Notes: generated from the letters alone by a model not told the origin. A stretch of 64,000 bases of DNA from Nemertoderma westbladi (GCA_032718475.1 JAUCBJ010001786.1:25226-89225), one strand, 5' to 3'. Positions 31,541-45,900 are shown, counted from the stretch's first letter. A program made the numbers and translations.

Positions 31541-33886
31541 TGTGGGGAACTCAAATTGTGATATATATGATATGTCGTGTGGTCCTAACTCATTGGTACA
31601 TATAGTCCTACCTACCGGTATGTGAGAACTGCTGTTGTACCTAATGCTGTAACCTGTTTGAATATCATACTGCAATACTGATATACTTTATCTGTCAATC
31701 TGTCTATCTTCTTTTCTTCTTGGTTGCATGGGGGCCTCATTCAACTAGAACTCATTTCGGCCCGTGCACCACACTGGTGACCCAGACGAGATCTAAACTC
31801 GCAGCATAATGGTAAAGTTGCTGGAGGACCAAATCCAGGCGATCGCCAACGCCCCCCACGAGTTGAGGGAAGAGGCGGAACAACTCATCCACAATGCCCA
31901 AGTCGCAGCGGCAGCCCTCGCCCAAAACCCAGTTGCTATCCTGCTGATCAGACAGGACCCGGGCAACTTGATGGGGCGAGTAGATGGTGTTCCCCCTGAG
32001 GTCTTTAAAATACCTGAGTGTTTAAAGCTCATCTATCCCATCATAGTAGACATGTACCAAACAACAAAAGTCCCACAAGAAATGAAAACAAATAAGTTGG
32101 TGCCAGTTCCCAAGAAGGGCAACCTAACACTCTATGGTTCTTTTCGGGGAATCTCATTGATCTCGATTGCTGCAAAGCTATACAATAGGATTCTATTAAA
32201 TCGCATCAGGGATCCCATTGAGAGACTGCTCCGTGGAAATCAGAATGGGTTCCGTAAAGGTCGTGGGACCATGGAGCCCATTTTGGCACTTAGAAGGATA
32301 ATTGAAGAGTTATCAAAAAAGAAAGACAGGCATCTGGCTGTTATATTTGTTGACTTCTTCAAGGCCTTTGATTCAGTCTCTCGCTCACGTATGTTCAGCA
32401 TACTTTCATTATATGGGATTCTTTATGAAATTATTGCAGCAATCAGATCAGTATACGATGGTTCGACAACATTTGTGTCTACTGTTGATGGTGACACAGA
32501 ACCATTTGAAGTGTTATGGGGCGTCCTCCAAGGAGACACACTTGCACCATTCTTGTTCATTATTGTGGTTGACTATGTTCTATGCATGTCCTTAGATCAT
32601 TATAATGATGATGGGGTGATGATAACTCCACCTACTGGCTCCAGAAGTCGAGGAAATTAGAACATGCTGCTTCTAGTGTTGGTCTTTTTATAAACTTCAG
32701 AAAGACCAAAATTCTGACAGTTAACTTTTAAAGTCCTCAGCAAGTCTCTGATCGGATGAGCATAAGCTCAAAGGATGGTATGCTTGAGCATGTGGACGAC
32801 TTCTGTTACCTGGGATCATGGATCCGGAAGTCAGGTGAGGACCTTCGAATACGTAAGGGAAAGGCATGGGCAGCCTTGAATAGGCTTTCCAGGATTTGGA
32901 AGTCACCGAGACTTAATCGGAAACTTAAGGTCCGATTATTTAGAGCAGCAGTAGTTCCAGTACTCCTCTACGGGAGTCCATGCTGGGCTCTAAGTGCTGA
33001 GGACACCAAATCTCTGGATGGCACATTCACAAGAATGCTACGCCGGGTTCATTGTGTCAAGTACAATGCACACATCTCCAACCAGACACTATATAACATT
33101 GGAGGTGTCTCATTTGTTCCCCCAAGCTTGACACTAGAACAAAATCGCCTCCGCTTTGCAGGACATTGCTTTCGCCGTGAGGACCAGCCAGTGCATAATC
33201 TTGTACTTTGGCAGCCTCAAGGAGTGAATAAGCATGGTGGACAGCCCATGACTTTCTTGAGACGCATCTTAAAGGACACTGGCCTTAAAGATGCGGATGA
33301 TCTAGCAAATGTCATGGGTGATAGGGAGTTGTGGCGGTGCAATTTTGTTGACAAGCCGGCACAGCATTCTTAAAAATGCAGCTGCAATGCAGCATGCCGA
33401 TCCTAGTAGTAGTAATGGCCCTTCTCCATGTGGGCCCAGCCGATGCTTTCGCCGCTGTGGAAGCCCTCGAAATGCCTACCCTAGCTCACAGAGATCGTCA
33501 GCCAGCCGATGCGATGGTTCCACCAACCCACGCTGATGCTGCTACCGCCATCATCCAACAGTCTCCTATCCTCCAGGCAGGAGTTGCCAGAGCGGCGATC
33601 GCCCACCAAGTCCCTCTCCCATTTAAACTACCACCATTCTCGACCACCGAAATTCGCCGTTACTTCGTCCGAGTCGAGAGCGCATTCGAGCAGAGGGGAA
33701 TAGTGGCAGACCAGGATAAGTTTGTCCGACTTATCGCTGATATCGATGACAGCACACTCGACCTGGTAAACAATGAGGTTCTTCATCCCAACAATGCTGG
33801 CACAAACTACCTCGAACTGAAATTGAAACTTCTTGGTTGCATGGGGGCCTCATTCAACTAGAACTCGTTTCGGCCCGTGCACCACA
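31541..33886 (+). mobile_element. Deleted Gypsy LTR element carrying an RTE fragment
   Basis: 5' LTR at 31541-31773 (TG..CA). PBS TGGTGACCCAGAC is tRNA-Trp-like with one mismatch. Gag motif FKLPPFSTTEIRRYFVRVESAF...NYLELKLKLL. Only the last ~57 bp of the 3' LTR remain. 4-bp TSD AAGG. Confidence 0.88.
31978..33373 (+). mobile_element. RTE-clade LINE RT fragment (5'-truncated, catalytic region deleted)
   Basis: DGVPPEVFK, PKKGNL..FRGISL, QNGFRKGRGT, FVDFFKAFDSV, GVLQGDTLAPFLF, VDDFCYLGS and RLRFAGHCFR are present. The FADD segment is missing near 32660. Confidence 0.9.
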
Positions 33887-36800
33887 AAGGATTTACTTTG
33901 GAAGATCACCCATGTTGGTGAACTGGCATTCCTTTGAGAAACAGAGTGGAAGGGTTTACTGCAGAAGATAACCCATGGCAGTGAACAGGCCTTCCTTTTG
34001 GAAACAGAGGGAAGGGTTTACTGTGGAAGATTACCCATGGTGGTAAATAGGCTTTCCTTTGGGAAACAGAGTGGAAGAGTTGTAAGCGGATTCAATTCCG
34101 TGCATAACCCACCGAAAATCCGAAAATGGGATTAGTGGCATATTACCAATATAGTTGATGAGGTGACATTACCAATATTAATGTCACCTCATAACCAACT
34201 AAAGCGATACACCGTAAGCCACAGAGAGAGTTGAGAGGTCAAACCACCTGAGAGGAGGGACAAACAAGTTAGTAAGGCTAGCTTGTAGGGACGGTGACAA
34301 CAGTGAGTGGCGAGGTGACAATTAATCATGTTAAGGTGTGATGACTTGGGAACAATCCCTACCCCCACTATATAACTTATTCTACATCCGAATTTGATTG
34401 TTCTATTTTGCAGTTACCATGACAACCGCTGAAAACAGATGTTTTTATACAAAAATTATTCATTTGGACATAGACTTCACGATAAAATTTTTACGAAACT
34501 AGGTATGTGTTATCTGGAACACTAGTTAGAACTTTTAGTGAAACTCAAAACATTCCAGAAATATCTAGTTACCATGGTAACTGTAGTTTATTAAAGTCTA
34601 TATCATTAAAGTCTATATTCATAACTCTATTTGGAGCAAAACTGTAATATATACAAACTTGGGGTTTTGCAACTCATCTATAAGGTTCATATTCAAGCCG
34701 TTCGATGTTAATTACACAATCCAGTTACCATAGCAACAAGACTAAACAGATGTTAAAATTTATAAAATGATAACTTGAAGCACAAGTTAATAGTATTATG
34801 ACATTGACCAACACCTACCCCCACTATATGACTTATTCTGCATCCGAATTACATTGTTCTATTTTTCAGTTTCCATGACAACCCCTGCAAACAGATGGAT
34901 TTTGATAGAAAATCGGTAATTTGGACATAAACTACAATATTTTCTGAAACTCAGTAAATGTGTTATCTGAACCACAATCTGGACTGAATCTTTTTTCAAA
35001 GGTAAACCCAACAGTTCCAGAGAACTCTAGTTTCCATGGGAATCCACGAAGCTAAGGAAAATCAACTACTTTCGCTAAGAAAGATTTTCCTTAGCTGAGA
35101 TGGTCTATTCATAGTGGGCTATTTTACTTGTGTGAGGCAGATTTAGTGTTTTTTAAGTCCAGCAAAAACTAGCCTTTAAAAGTACCCTGAAATTTTGCAT
35201 GTATATACTACTCATCAAGGCGCGTCGTGTGGGATGGGTCTCATATCCAGGAAAAATCTGGTTTCCATGGCAACGGACTTAAGAAAAAAGTCCATGTATT
35301 TCAAGTCAATATTTATAACTCTATTTGTAGGAATACTATAATACATATAAACTTGGGGTTTCTCAACTCAACTATAAGGTCCATAGCAGAGCCGATTGAG
35401 GTTCAATAGAAATTCCAGTTACCTTTACAACAGGGCTAAACAGATGTTAAAATTTATAAAATGTTAATTTGAAGCCTAAGATTAAGGTGTTATGACTTGG
35501 GACTAACCCCTACCCCCACTATATAACTTATTCTGCGTCCAAATTTCATTGTTCTAGTTTGCAGTTACCATGACAACCGCTGAAAACAGATGTTTTTATA
35601 CAAAAATTACTCATTTGGACATAGATTTCGCGATAAAATTTTACGAAACTGGGTATGTGTTATCCGGACCACTAGTTGGAACTTTTAGTGAAACTCAAAA
35701 CATTCCAGAAATATCTAGTTACCGTGGTAACTGGAGTTTATTACAGATTATATCATTCAAGTCTATATTCATAACTCTATTTGTCCACGAAGCTAAGGAA
35801 AATCAACTACTTTCGCTAAGAAAGATTTTCCTTAGCTGAGATGGTCTATTCATAGTGGGCTATTTTACTTGTATGAGGCAGATTTGGGGTTTTTTGATAG
35901 GTGAAAAAACTAGCCTTTAAAAGTACCCTGAAATTTTGCATGTATATACTACTCGTCGAGGCGCATCTTTTGGGCCGGGTCTCATATCCAGGAAAAATCT
36001 GGTTTCCATGGTAACGGACTTAGAAAAAAGTCTATGTATATCAAGTCAATATTTATAACTCTATTTGTAGGAAAACTATAATACATATAAACTTGGGGTT
36101 TCTCAACACAACTATAAGGTCCATAGCAGAGCCGATTGAGGTTAAATCCACGAAGCTAAGGAAAATCAACTACTTTCGCTAAGAAAGATTTTCCTTAGCT
36201 GAGATGGTCTATTCATAGTGGGCTATTTTACTTGTGTGAGGCAGATTTGGTTTTTTTTGATAGGTGAAAAAACTAGCCTTTAAAAGTACCCTGAAATTTT
36301 GCATGTATATACTACTCGTCGAGGCGCATCTTTTGGGCTGGGTCTCATATCCAGGAAAAATCTGGTTTCCGTGGCAACGGACTTAGAAAAAAGTCTATGT
36401 ATTTCAAGTCAATATTTAAAACTCTATTTGTAGGAAAACTATAATAGATATAAACTTGGGGTATCTCAACACAACTATAAGGTCCATAGCAGAGCCGATT
36501 GAGGTTAAATAGAAAATCCAGTTACCTTGGCAACCGGGCTAGACAGATGTTAAAATTTATAAAATGTTAATTTGAAGCCTAAGGTTAAGGTGTTATGACT
36601 TGGGACCAACCCCTACCCCCACTATATAACTTATTCTGCATCCGAATTTCATTGTTCTATTTTGCAGTTACCATGACAACCGCTGAAAACAGATGTTTTT
36701 ATTCAAAACTTATTCATTTGGACATAGACTTCACGATAAAATTTTACAAAACTGGGTATGTGTTATCTGGACCACTAGTTGGAACTTTTAGTGAAACTTA

Positions 36801-37432
36801 AATTATTCCAGAAATTCTAGTTACCATGGTAACTGTAGTTTATTAAACTCTATATCATTCAAATCTATATTGATAACTCTATTTGTAGCAAAACTGTAAT
36901 ATATATAAACTTGGGGTTTTGCAACTCATCTATAAGATCCATATCCAAGCCGTTTGAGGTTAATTAGAAAATACAGTTACCATAGCAACAAGTCTAAACA
37001 GATGTTAAAATTTATAAAATGATAATTTGAAGCACAAGTTAATAGTATTATGACTTGGGACTAACCCCTACCCCCACTATATGACTTATTCTGCATCCGA
37101 ATTACATTGTTCTATTTTTCAGTTTCCATGACAACCACTGCAAACAGATGCATTTTGATAGAAAATCGGTAATCTGGACATAAACTACAATATTTTCTGA
37201 AACTCAGTATATGTGTTATCTGAACCACAATCTGTACTGAATTTTTTTTCAAAGGTTAAAGCAACAGTTCCAGAGAACTCTAGTTTCCATGGGAATAGAA
37301 GTTAATTATTGACAATTGCTACTAAGCGAGGCTAAGCAACGAACCAAAGTGTGGCCGTTTGTTTAATTTTCCTTAGCTTCGTGGTTGCATTTCCTTTAGG
37401 AAATGCCTTTCTCGTAGAAAAACCGCAATAGA

Positions 37433-38681
37433 TCCACGAAGCTAAGGAAAATCAACTACTTTCGCTAAGAAAGATTTTCCTTAGCTGAGATGGTCTATTC
37501 ATAGTGGGCTATTTTACTTGTGTGAGGCAGATTTGGTGTTTTTTGATAGGTGAAAAAACTAGCCTTTAAAAGTACCCTGAAATTTTGCATGTATATACTA
37601 CTCGACGAGGCGCATCTTTTGGGCTGGGTCTCATATCCAGGAAAAATCTGGTTTCCATGGCAACGGACTTAGAAAAAAGTCTATGTATTTCAAGTCAATA
37701 TTTATAACTCTATTTGTAGGAAAACTATAATAGATATAAACTTGGGGTTTCTCAACTCAACTATAAGGTCCATAGCAGAGCCGATTGAGGTTAAATAGAA
37801 AATCCAGTTACCTTGGCAACCGGGCTAAACAGATGTTAAAATTTATAAAATGTTAATTTGAAGCCTAAGGTTATGGTGTTATGACTTGGGACCAACCCCT
37901 ACCCCCACTATATAACTTATTCTGCGTCCGAATTTGATTGTTCTATTTTGCAGTTACCATGACAACCGCTGAAAACAGATGTTTTTATACAAAAATTACT
38001 CATTTGGACATAGTCTTCGCGATAAAATTTTACGAAACTGGGAATGTGTTATCTGGACCACTAGTTGGAACTTTTAGTGAAACTGAAAACATTCCAGAAA
38101 TATCTTGTTACCATGGTAACTGGAGTTTATTAAAGTCTATATCATTCAAGTCTAAATTCAATACTCTATTTGTAGCAAAATAATGTAATAAATATAAATT
38201 TGGGGTTTTGCAACTCATCTGTAAAGTCCATATACAATCCATTCGAGGTTAGTTACACAATCCAATTACCATAGCAATAAGACAAAACAGATGTTAAAAT
38301 TTATAAAATGATAATTTGAAACACAAGTTAGTATTATGACTTGGGACCAAGACCTACCCCCATTATATGACTTATTCTGCATCCGAATTACATTGTTCTA
38401 TTTTTCAGATTCCATGACAACCACTGCAAACAGATGCATTTTGATAGAAAATCGGTAGTTGGACATAAACTACAATATTTTCTGAAACTTGGTATGTGTT
38501 ATCTGAACCACAATCTGGACTGAATATTTTTTCAAAGGTAAAACCAACAGTTTCAGAGAACTCTAGTTTCCATGGGAATAGAAGTTATTTATTGGCAATT
38601 GCTACTAAACTAGGCTAAGCAACCTTTGTTTAATTTTCCGTAGCTTCGTGGTCGCATTTCCTTTAGGAAATGCCTTTCTAG
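37433..38681 (+). mobile_element. Representative full-length family A copy
   Basis: TC...CTAG termini inserted between A and T (aataga^tataaac) with no TSD. Subterminal inverted repeats and a 3' hairpin are present. Confidence 0.85.
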
Positions 38682-39683
38682 TATAAACTTGGGGGTTCTC
38701 AACTCAACTATAAGGTCCATATCAAAGCCGTTCGAGGTTAATTAGAAATTCCAGTCACCATCCACGAAGCTAAGGAAAATCAACTACTTTCGCTAAGAAA
38801 GATTTTCCTTAGCTGAGATGGTCTATTCATAGTGGGCTATTTTACTTGTGTGAGGCAGATTTAGTGTTTTTTAAGTCCAGCAAAAACTAGCCTTTGAAAG
38901 TACCCTGAAATTTTGCATGTATGTACTACTCTTCGAGGCGCATCGTGTGGGCTGGGTCTCATATCCAGGAAAAATCTGGTTTCCATGGCAACGGACATAG
39001 AAAAAAGTCTATGTATTTCAAGTCAATATTTATAACTATATTTGTAGGAAAACTATACTGTAATAGATATAAACTTGGGGTTTCTCAACTCAACTATAAA
39101 GTCCATAGCAGAGCCGATTGAGGTTAAATAGAAAATCCAGTTACCTTGGCAACCAGGCTAAACACATGTTAAAATTTATAAAATGTTAATTTGAAGCATA
39201 AGGTTAAGGTGTTATGTCTTGGGACCAACCCCTACCCCCACTATATGACTTATTCTGCGTCTGAATTTCATTGTTTAATTTTGCAGTTACCAAGACAACC
39301 GCTGAAAACAGATGTTTTTATACAAAAATAACTCATTTGGACATAGACTTCGCGATAAAATTTTACGAAACTGGGTATGTGTTATCTGGACTGGAACACT
39401 AGTTGGAACTTTTAGTGAAACTCAAAACATTCCAGAAATATCTAGTTACCATGGTAACTGGAGTTTATTAAAGTCTATATCATTCAAGTCTAAATTCAAT
39501 ACTCTATTTGTAACAAAATAATGTAATTTATATAAATTTGGGGTTTTGCAACTCATACATACAAGCAACCTACAAGCATACATACAACCTATACAAGCCG
39601 TTCGAGGTTAATTACACAATCCAGTTACCATAGCAACAAGACTAAACAGATGTCAAAATTTATAAAAGTGATAATTTGAAGCA

Positions 39684-39944
39684 GCCAGCACATGCCCATT
39701 TTGTTTGTAGTAATTTTAACTTCATTGACCGGCCTTTTAATAAATAAATAAAGCTCATATTTTGTAGTTAACAGTTATATTTAGGCCTTTTAAAATTACA
39801 TTCATTCATAATATAATTCCAGCATATATATACCGGTAAATTAAATATTCGATAGTTATTAATGTAGTGCAAATTTATAAATATTATCTGTGCATTTCAA
39901 TTTTACCCCGAAAGGGGGTGTACAATGTACATTAAACTATTATT
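39684..39944 (+). mobile_element. 261-bp 5'-truncated retroposed insertion (LINE/SINE 3' end)
   Basis: 13-bp TSD ATAATTTGAAGCA at 39671-39683 and 39945-39957. 3' stem-loop ACCCC-GAAAG-GGGGT, ATTAAA and a (TAT)n tail. Confidence 0.8.
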
Positions 39945-42900
39945 ATAATTTGAAGCACACGTTAATAGTATTATGACTTGGGACCAAAACCTGCCCCCAC
40001 TGTATGAGTTATTCTGCATCCGAATTACATTGTTTTATTTTTCAGTTTCCATGACAACCACTGCAAACAGATGCATTTTGATAGAAAATCGGTAATTTGG
40101 ACATAAACTACAATATTTTCTGAAACTCGGTATATGTGTTATCTGAACCACAATCTGGACTGAATCTTTTTTCAAAGGATAAACCAACAGTTCCAGAGAA
40201 CTCTAGTTTTCATGGAAATATAAGCTAATTATTGGCAAATGCTACTAGACTAGGCTAAGCAACGAACCAAAATGTGGCCGTTTGTTTAATTTTCCTTAGC
40301 TTCGTGGTTGCATTTCCTTTAGGAAATGCCTTTCTAGTAGAAGTTATTTATTAGAAAATGCTACTAAATGAGGCTAAGCAACGAGCCAGATAGTGGCACT
40401 TTGTTTAATTTTCCTTAGCTTCGTGGTTGCATTTCCTTTAGGAAATGCTTTTCTAGTAATATAAAAATGCAGTACTGGGGCACTGCTGCACTGGGGCTGG
40501 GGATGTCGTTATAATGCAGTGGTGCCATTACCGGGATCCACGAAGCCAAGGAAAATCAACAACTTTCGCTAAGAAAGATTTTCCTTAGCTGAGATGGTCT
40601 ATTCATAGTGGGCTATTTTACTTGTGTGGGGCAGATTTGGGGTTTTTTGACCGGTAAAAAAACTAGCCTTTAAAAGTACCCTGAAATTTTGCATGTATGT
40701 ACTACTCGTCGAAGCGCATCGTGTGGGCTGGGTCTCATATCCAGGAAAAATCTGGTTTCCATGGCAACGGACATAGAAAAAAGTCTATGTATTTCAAGTC
40801 AATATTTATAACTATATTTGTAGGAAAACTATAATAGATATAAAGTTGGGGTTTCTCAACTCAACTATAAAGTCCATAGCAAAGCCGATTGAGGTTAAAT
40901 AGAAAATCCAGTTACCTTGGCAACCGGACTAAACAGATGTTAAAATTTATAAAATGTTAATTTGAAGCCTAAGGTTAAGATGTTATGACTTGGGAACAAC
41001 CCCTACCCCCTCTATATAACTTATTCTGCGTCCGAATTTCATTGTTCTATTTTTCAGTTACCATGACAACCGCTGAAACAGATGTTTTTATACAAAAATT
41101 ATTCATTTGGACATAGACTTCGCGATAAAATTTTACAAAACTGGGTATGTGTTATCTGGACCACTAGTTGGAACTTTTAGTGAAACTTAAATTATTCCAG
41201 AAATTTAGTTACCATGGTAACTGTAGTTTATTAAACTCTATATCATTCAAGTCGATATTGATAACTCTATTTGTAGCAAAACTGTAATATATATATAAAC
41301 TTGGGGTTTTGCAACTCATATATAAGATCCATATCCAAGCGGTTTGAGGTTAATTAGAAAATACAGTTACCATAGCAACAAGTCTAAACAGATGTTAAAA
41401 TTTATAAAATGATAATTTGAAGCACAAGTTAATAGTATTATGACTTGGGACTAACCCCTACCCCCACTATATGACTTATTCTGCATCCGAAATACATTGT
41501 TCTATTTTTCAGTTTCCATGACAACCACTGCAAACAGATGCATTTTGATAGAAAATCGGTAATTTGGACATAAACTGCAATATTTTCTGAAAATCAGTAT
41601 ATGTGTTATCTGAACCACAATCTGTACTGAATTTTTTTTCAAAGGTTAAAGCAACAGTTCCAGAGAACTCCAGTTTCCATGGGAATATAAGTTAATTATT
41701 GACAATTGCTACTAAATGAGGCTAAGCAACGAACCAGATAGTGGCCGTTTGTTTAATTTTCCTTAGCTTCGTGGTTGCATTTCCTTTAGGAAAGGCCTTT
41801 CTCGTATAAATTACAGTTTTGCTCCAAATAGAGTTATGAATATAGACTTTAATGATATAGACTTTAATAAACTACAGTTACCATGGTAACTAGATATTTC
41901 TCGAATGTTTTGAGTTTCACTAATAGTTCCAACTAGTGTTCCAGATAGCACATACCTAGTTTCGTAAAATTTTATCGTGAAGTCTATGTTCAAATGAATA
42001 ATTTTTGTATAAAAACATCTGTTTTCAGCGGTTGTCATGGTAACTGCAAAATAGAACAATCAAATTCGGACGTAGAATAAGTTATATAGTGGGGGTAGGG
42101 ATTGGTCCCAAGTCATCACACCTTAACCTTAGGCTTCAAATTAACATTTTAAAAATTTTAACATCTGTTTAGCCCGGTTGCCAAGGTAACTGAATTTTCT
42201 ATTTAACCTCAATCGGCTCTGCTATGGACCTTATAGTTGTGTTCAGAAACCCCAATTTTTTTTTCCTACAAATAGAGTTACACATATTGACTTGAAATAC
42301 AGAGACTTTTTTCTAAGTCCGTTGCCATGGAAACAAGATTTTTCCCAGACATGTGACCTATCCTACACGACGCGCCTTGATGAGTAGTATATATATGCAA
42401 AATTTCATGGTACTTTTAAAGGCTATTTTTTTCTGGAGTCAAAAAACACTAAATCTGCTCCATACAAGTAAAATAGCCCACTATGAATACACCATCTCAG
42501 CTAAGGAAAATCTTTCTTAGCGAAAGTAGTTGATTTTCCTTAGCTTCGTGGATTCTACTAAATGAAGATTAATGTCAGAATTATAACTTGTCACTAAAGG
42601 TTTTCTTAGATTACTGTAGGTGAATCACATTTTTCGCAAGTATGCAAATTACTGTACTCTGTGTATCTGTAAAGATAGGAGTCTGAAGTATCTGTGTATG
42701 ATTTAATCCTGAGACATTATTTTTCCTTGTAAATTTACTAGAAAGGCATTTCCTAAAGGAAATGCAACCACGAAGCTAAGGAAAATTAAACAAAGTGCCA
42801 CAATTTGGTTTGTTGCTTAGCCTAGTTTAGTAGCATTTGCCAATAAATAACTTATATTCCCATGGAAACTAGAATTCTCTGGAACTGTTGGTTTTACCTT

Positions 42901-45900
42901 TGAAAAAAGATTCAGTCCAGATTGTGGTTCAGATAACACATATACCGAGTTTCAGAAATTATTGTAGTTTATGCCCAAATTACCGATTTTCTATCAAAAT
43001 GCATCTGTTTGCAGTGGTTGTCATGGAAACTAAAAAATAGAACAATGTAATTCGGATGCAGAATAAGTCATATAGTGGGGGTAGGTCTTGGTCCCAAGTC
43101 ATAATACTATTAACTTGTGTTTCAAATTATCATTTTAGAAATTTTAACATCTGTTTAGTCTTGTTGCTATGGTAATTGGATTGTTTAATTGACCTCGAAT
43201 GGATTGTATATGAACCTTACAGATGAGTTGCAAAACCCCAAATTTATATTTATTACATTATTTTGCTACAAATAGAGTATTGAATTTAGACTTGAATGAT
43301 ATAGACTTTAATAAACTCCAGTTACCATGGTAACAAGATATTTCTGGAATGTTTTCAGTTTCACTAAAAGTTCCAACTAATGGTCCAGATAACACATTCC
43401 CAGTTTCGTAAAATTTTATCGCGAAGTCTATGTCCAAATGAGTTATTTTTGTATAAAAACATCTGTGTTTAGCGGTTGTCATGGTAACTGTAAAATAGAA
43501 CAATTAAATTCGGACGCAGAATAAGTTATATAGTGGGGGTAGGGATTGATCCCAAGTCAGAACACATTAACCTTAGGCTTCAAATTAACATTTTAGAAAT
43601 GTTAACATCTGTTTAGCCCGGTTGCCAAGGTAACTGGAATTTCTATTTAACCTCAATCGGCTCTACTATGGACCTTATAGTTGAATTGAGAAACCCCAAG
43701 TCTATATCTATTATAGTTTTTCGACAAATAGAGTTATAAATATTGACTTGAAATACATAGACTTTTTTATAAGTCCGTTGCCATGGAAACCAGATTTTTC
43801 CTGTATATGAGACCCAGCCCAAAAGATGCGCCTTGACGAGTAGTATATACATGCAAAATTTTATGATACATTTAAAGGCTAGATTTTTCTGGAGTCAAAA
43901 AAAACCAAATCTGCCTCACACAAGTAAAATAGCCCACTATGAATACACCATCTCAGCTAAGGAAAATCTTTCTTAGCGAAAGTAGTTGATTTTCCTTAGC
44001 TTCGTGGACATTAATTATGTGCTGATTCAACGATTTAATTTGACTTTAGAAAGTCATACTAGAAAGGCATTTCCTAAAGGAAATGCAACCACGAAGCTAA
44101 GGAAAATTAAACAAAGGGCCACAATTTGGTTTGTTGCTTAGCCTAGTTTAGTAGCATTTGCCAATAAATAACTTCTATTCCCATGGAAACTAGAATTCTC
44201 TGAAACTGTTGGTTTTACCTTTGAAAAAAGATTCAGTCCAGATTGTGGTTCAGATAACACATACCAAGTTTCAGAAAATATTGTAGTTTATGTCCAAACT
44301 ACCGATTTTCTATCATAATGCATCTGTTTGCAGTGGTTTTCATGGAAACTGAAAAACAGAACAATGTAATTCGGATGCAGAATAAGTCATATAGTGGGGG
44401 TAGGTCTTGGTCCCAAGTCATAATACTATTAACTTGTGTTTCAAATTATCATTTTAGAAATTTTAACATCTGTTTAGTCTTGTTGCTATGGTACTAGAAA
44501 GGCATTTCCTAAAGGAAATGCAACCACGAAGCTAAGGAAAATTCAACAAACGGCCACACTTTGGTTCGTTGCTTAGCCTAGTTTATTAGCATTTGCCAAT
44601 AATTAACTTCTATTCCCATGGAAACTAGAGTTCTCTGCAACTGTTGCTTTAACCTTTGAAAAAAATTCAGTACAGATTGTGGTTCAGATAACACATATAC
44701 TGAGTTTCAGAAAATATTGTAGTTTATGTCCAAATTACCGATTTTCTATCAAATTGCATCTGTTTGCAGTGGTTGTCATAGAAACTGAAAAATAGAACAA
44801 TGTAATTCGGATGCAGAATAAGTCATATAGTGGGGGTAGGTGTTGGTTCCAAGTCATAATACTATTAACTTGTGCTTCAAATTATCATTTTATAAATTAT
44901 TACTTTTGTTTAGCCTGGTTGCCATGGTATCAGGTTTTTTTAATTTACCTCAATCTGCTCGGCTATGGCCCATATAGTTGAGTTGAGAAACCCCAAGTTT
45001 ATATATATTACAGTTGTGCTACAAATAGAGTTATTAACACTAGAACAGCTGACCGGTCAATTTTGACCGTTTTTGGTTTTGAAATCAACATTGTGAGAAT
45101 TCAGTTCTACTTGGGGTGCTGAAACTTCTTGACTTTTCCTAAATCTTCATTTGGTATGTCATCAGGGACAAAAATTTTTCTACCGAATATACTCAGGGGG
45201 TGTAGTTTTTAGATCATCATGGAAGGCTGAAGCGGTCAAAAATGACCGCAAGGCATTATATACTAATTCAAGAATAATAAACAGTACTGCACCCAACCCA
45301 CATAGTACACATAGCAGCATAGGCCTGTTTACAATTATACCTACCGGTACAAGTGTGCCTATGTACAGGAACACACTGTCAGTCGGTCTCTCCGCTCTGT
45401 ACGGTCTGTACCTACTATGTACACACTGAATACTGCAATACTCGAGTCAGTAGTACAAATAGGCTTACTGCCAGTCAGGGAGATCATCAAATTTGAGAAT
45501 ACCTCACATTTCAAATTATAGACCCAATTTTGGAATTACCTCAATTTTAATACAAGGTTAGGTTAATTCTCTAAATTTGAGTTAAATTTGATTATTTGAA
45601 GTCATAGTTGACCTAGTTCAGTAGTTGTTAGCTTGTTACTGTATTGCAACTAGGTAAAAAAATAAACTGATGTAGGCCTAGGGTAGTGTCTGAGTGTTGT
45701 GAAATATAATATTTAAAATTAAAACATATTCAGTATTAGTTTAAAAAGGCTTATACTTAAAAAGGCTACTGGTAGGGGTGCAGTGGGGTGGCTGATCAGA
45801 TGGTAGACATATAAAACGAAGTACAGAGCTTAAAGAACTTATATTTTTATATTGTTACTTTTTTGCTTGAATCAGTGAATATGCCCTAAAATCGGGAGAA

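Larger units (their letters stand above)
31155..34080. repeat. ~58-bp minisatellite interrupted by a Gypsy element
   Basis: Unit gagtggaagggtttactttggaagatcacccatggcggtgaacaggcattcctttgggaaaca at 31155-31540, resuming at 33887-34080. Confidence 0.9.
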
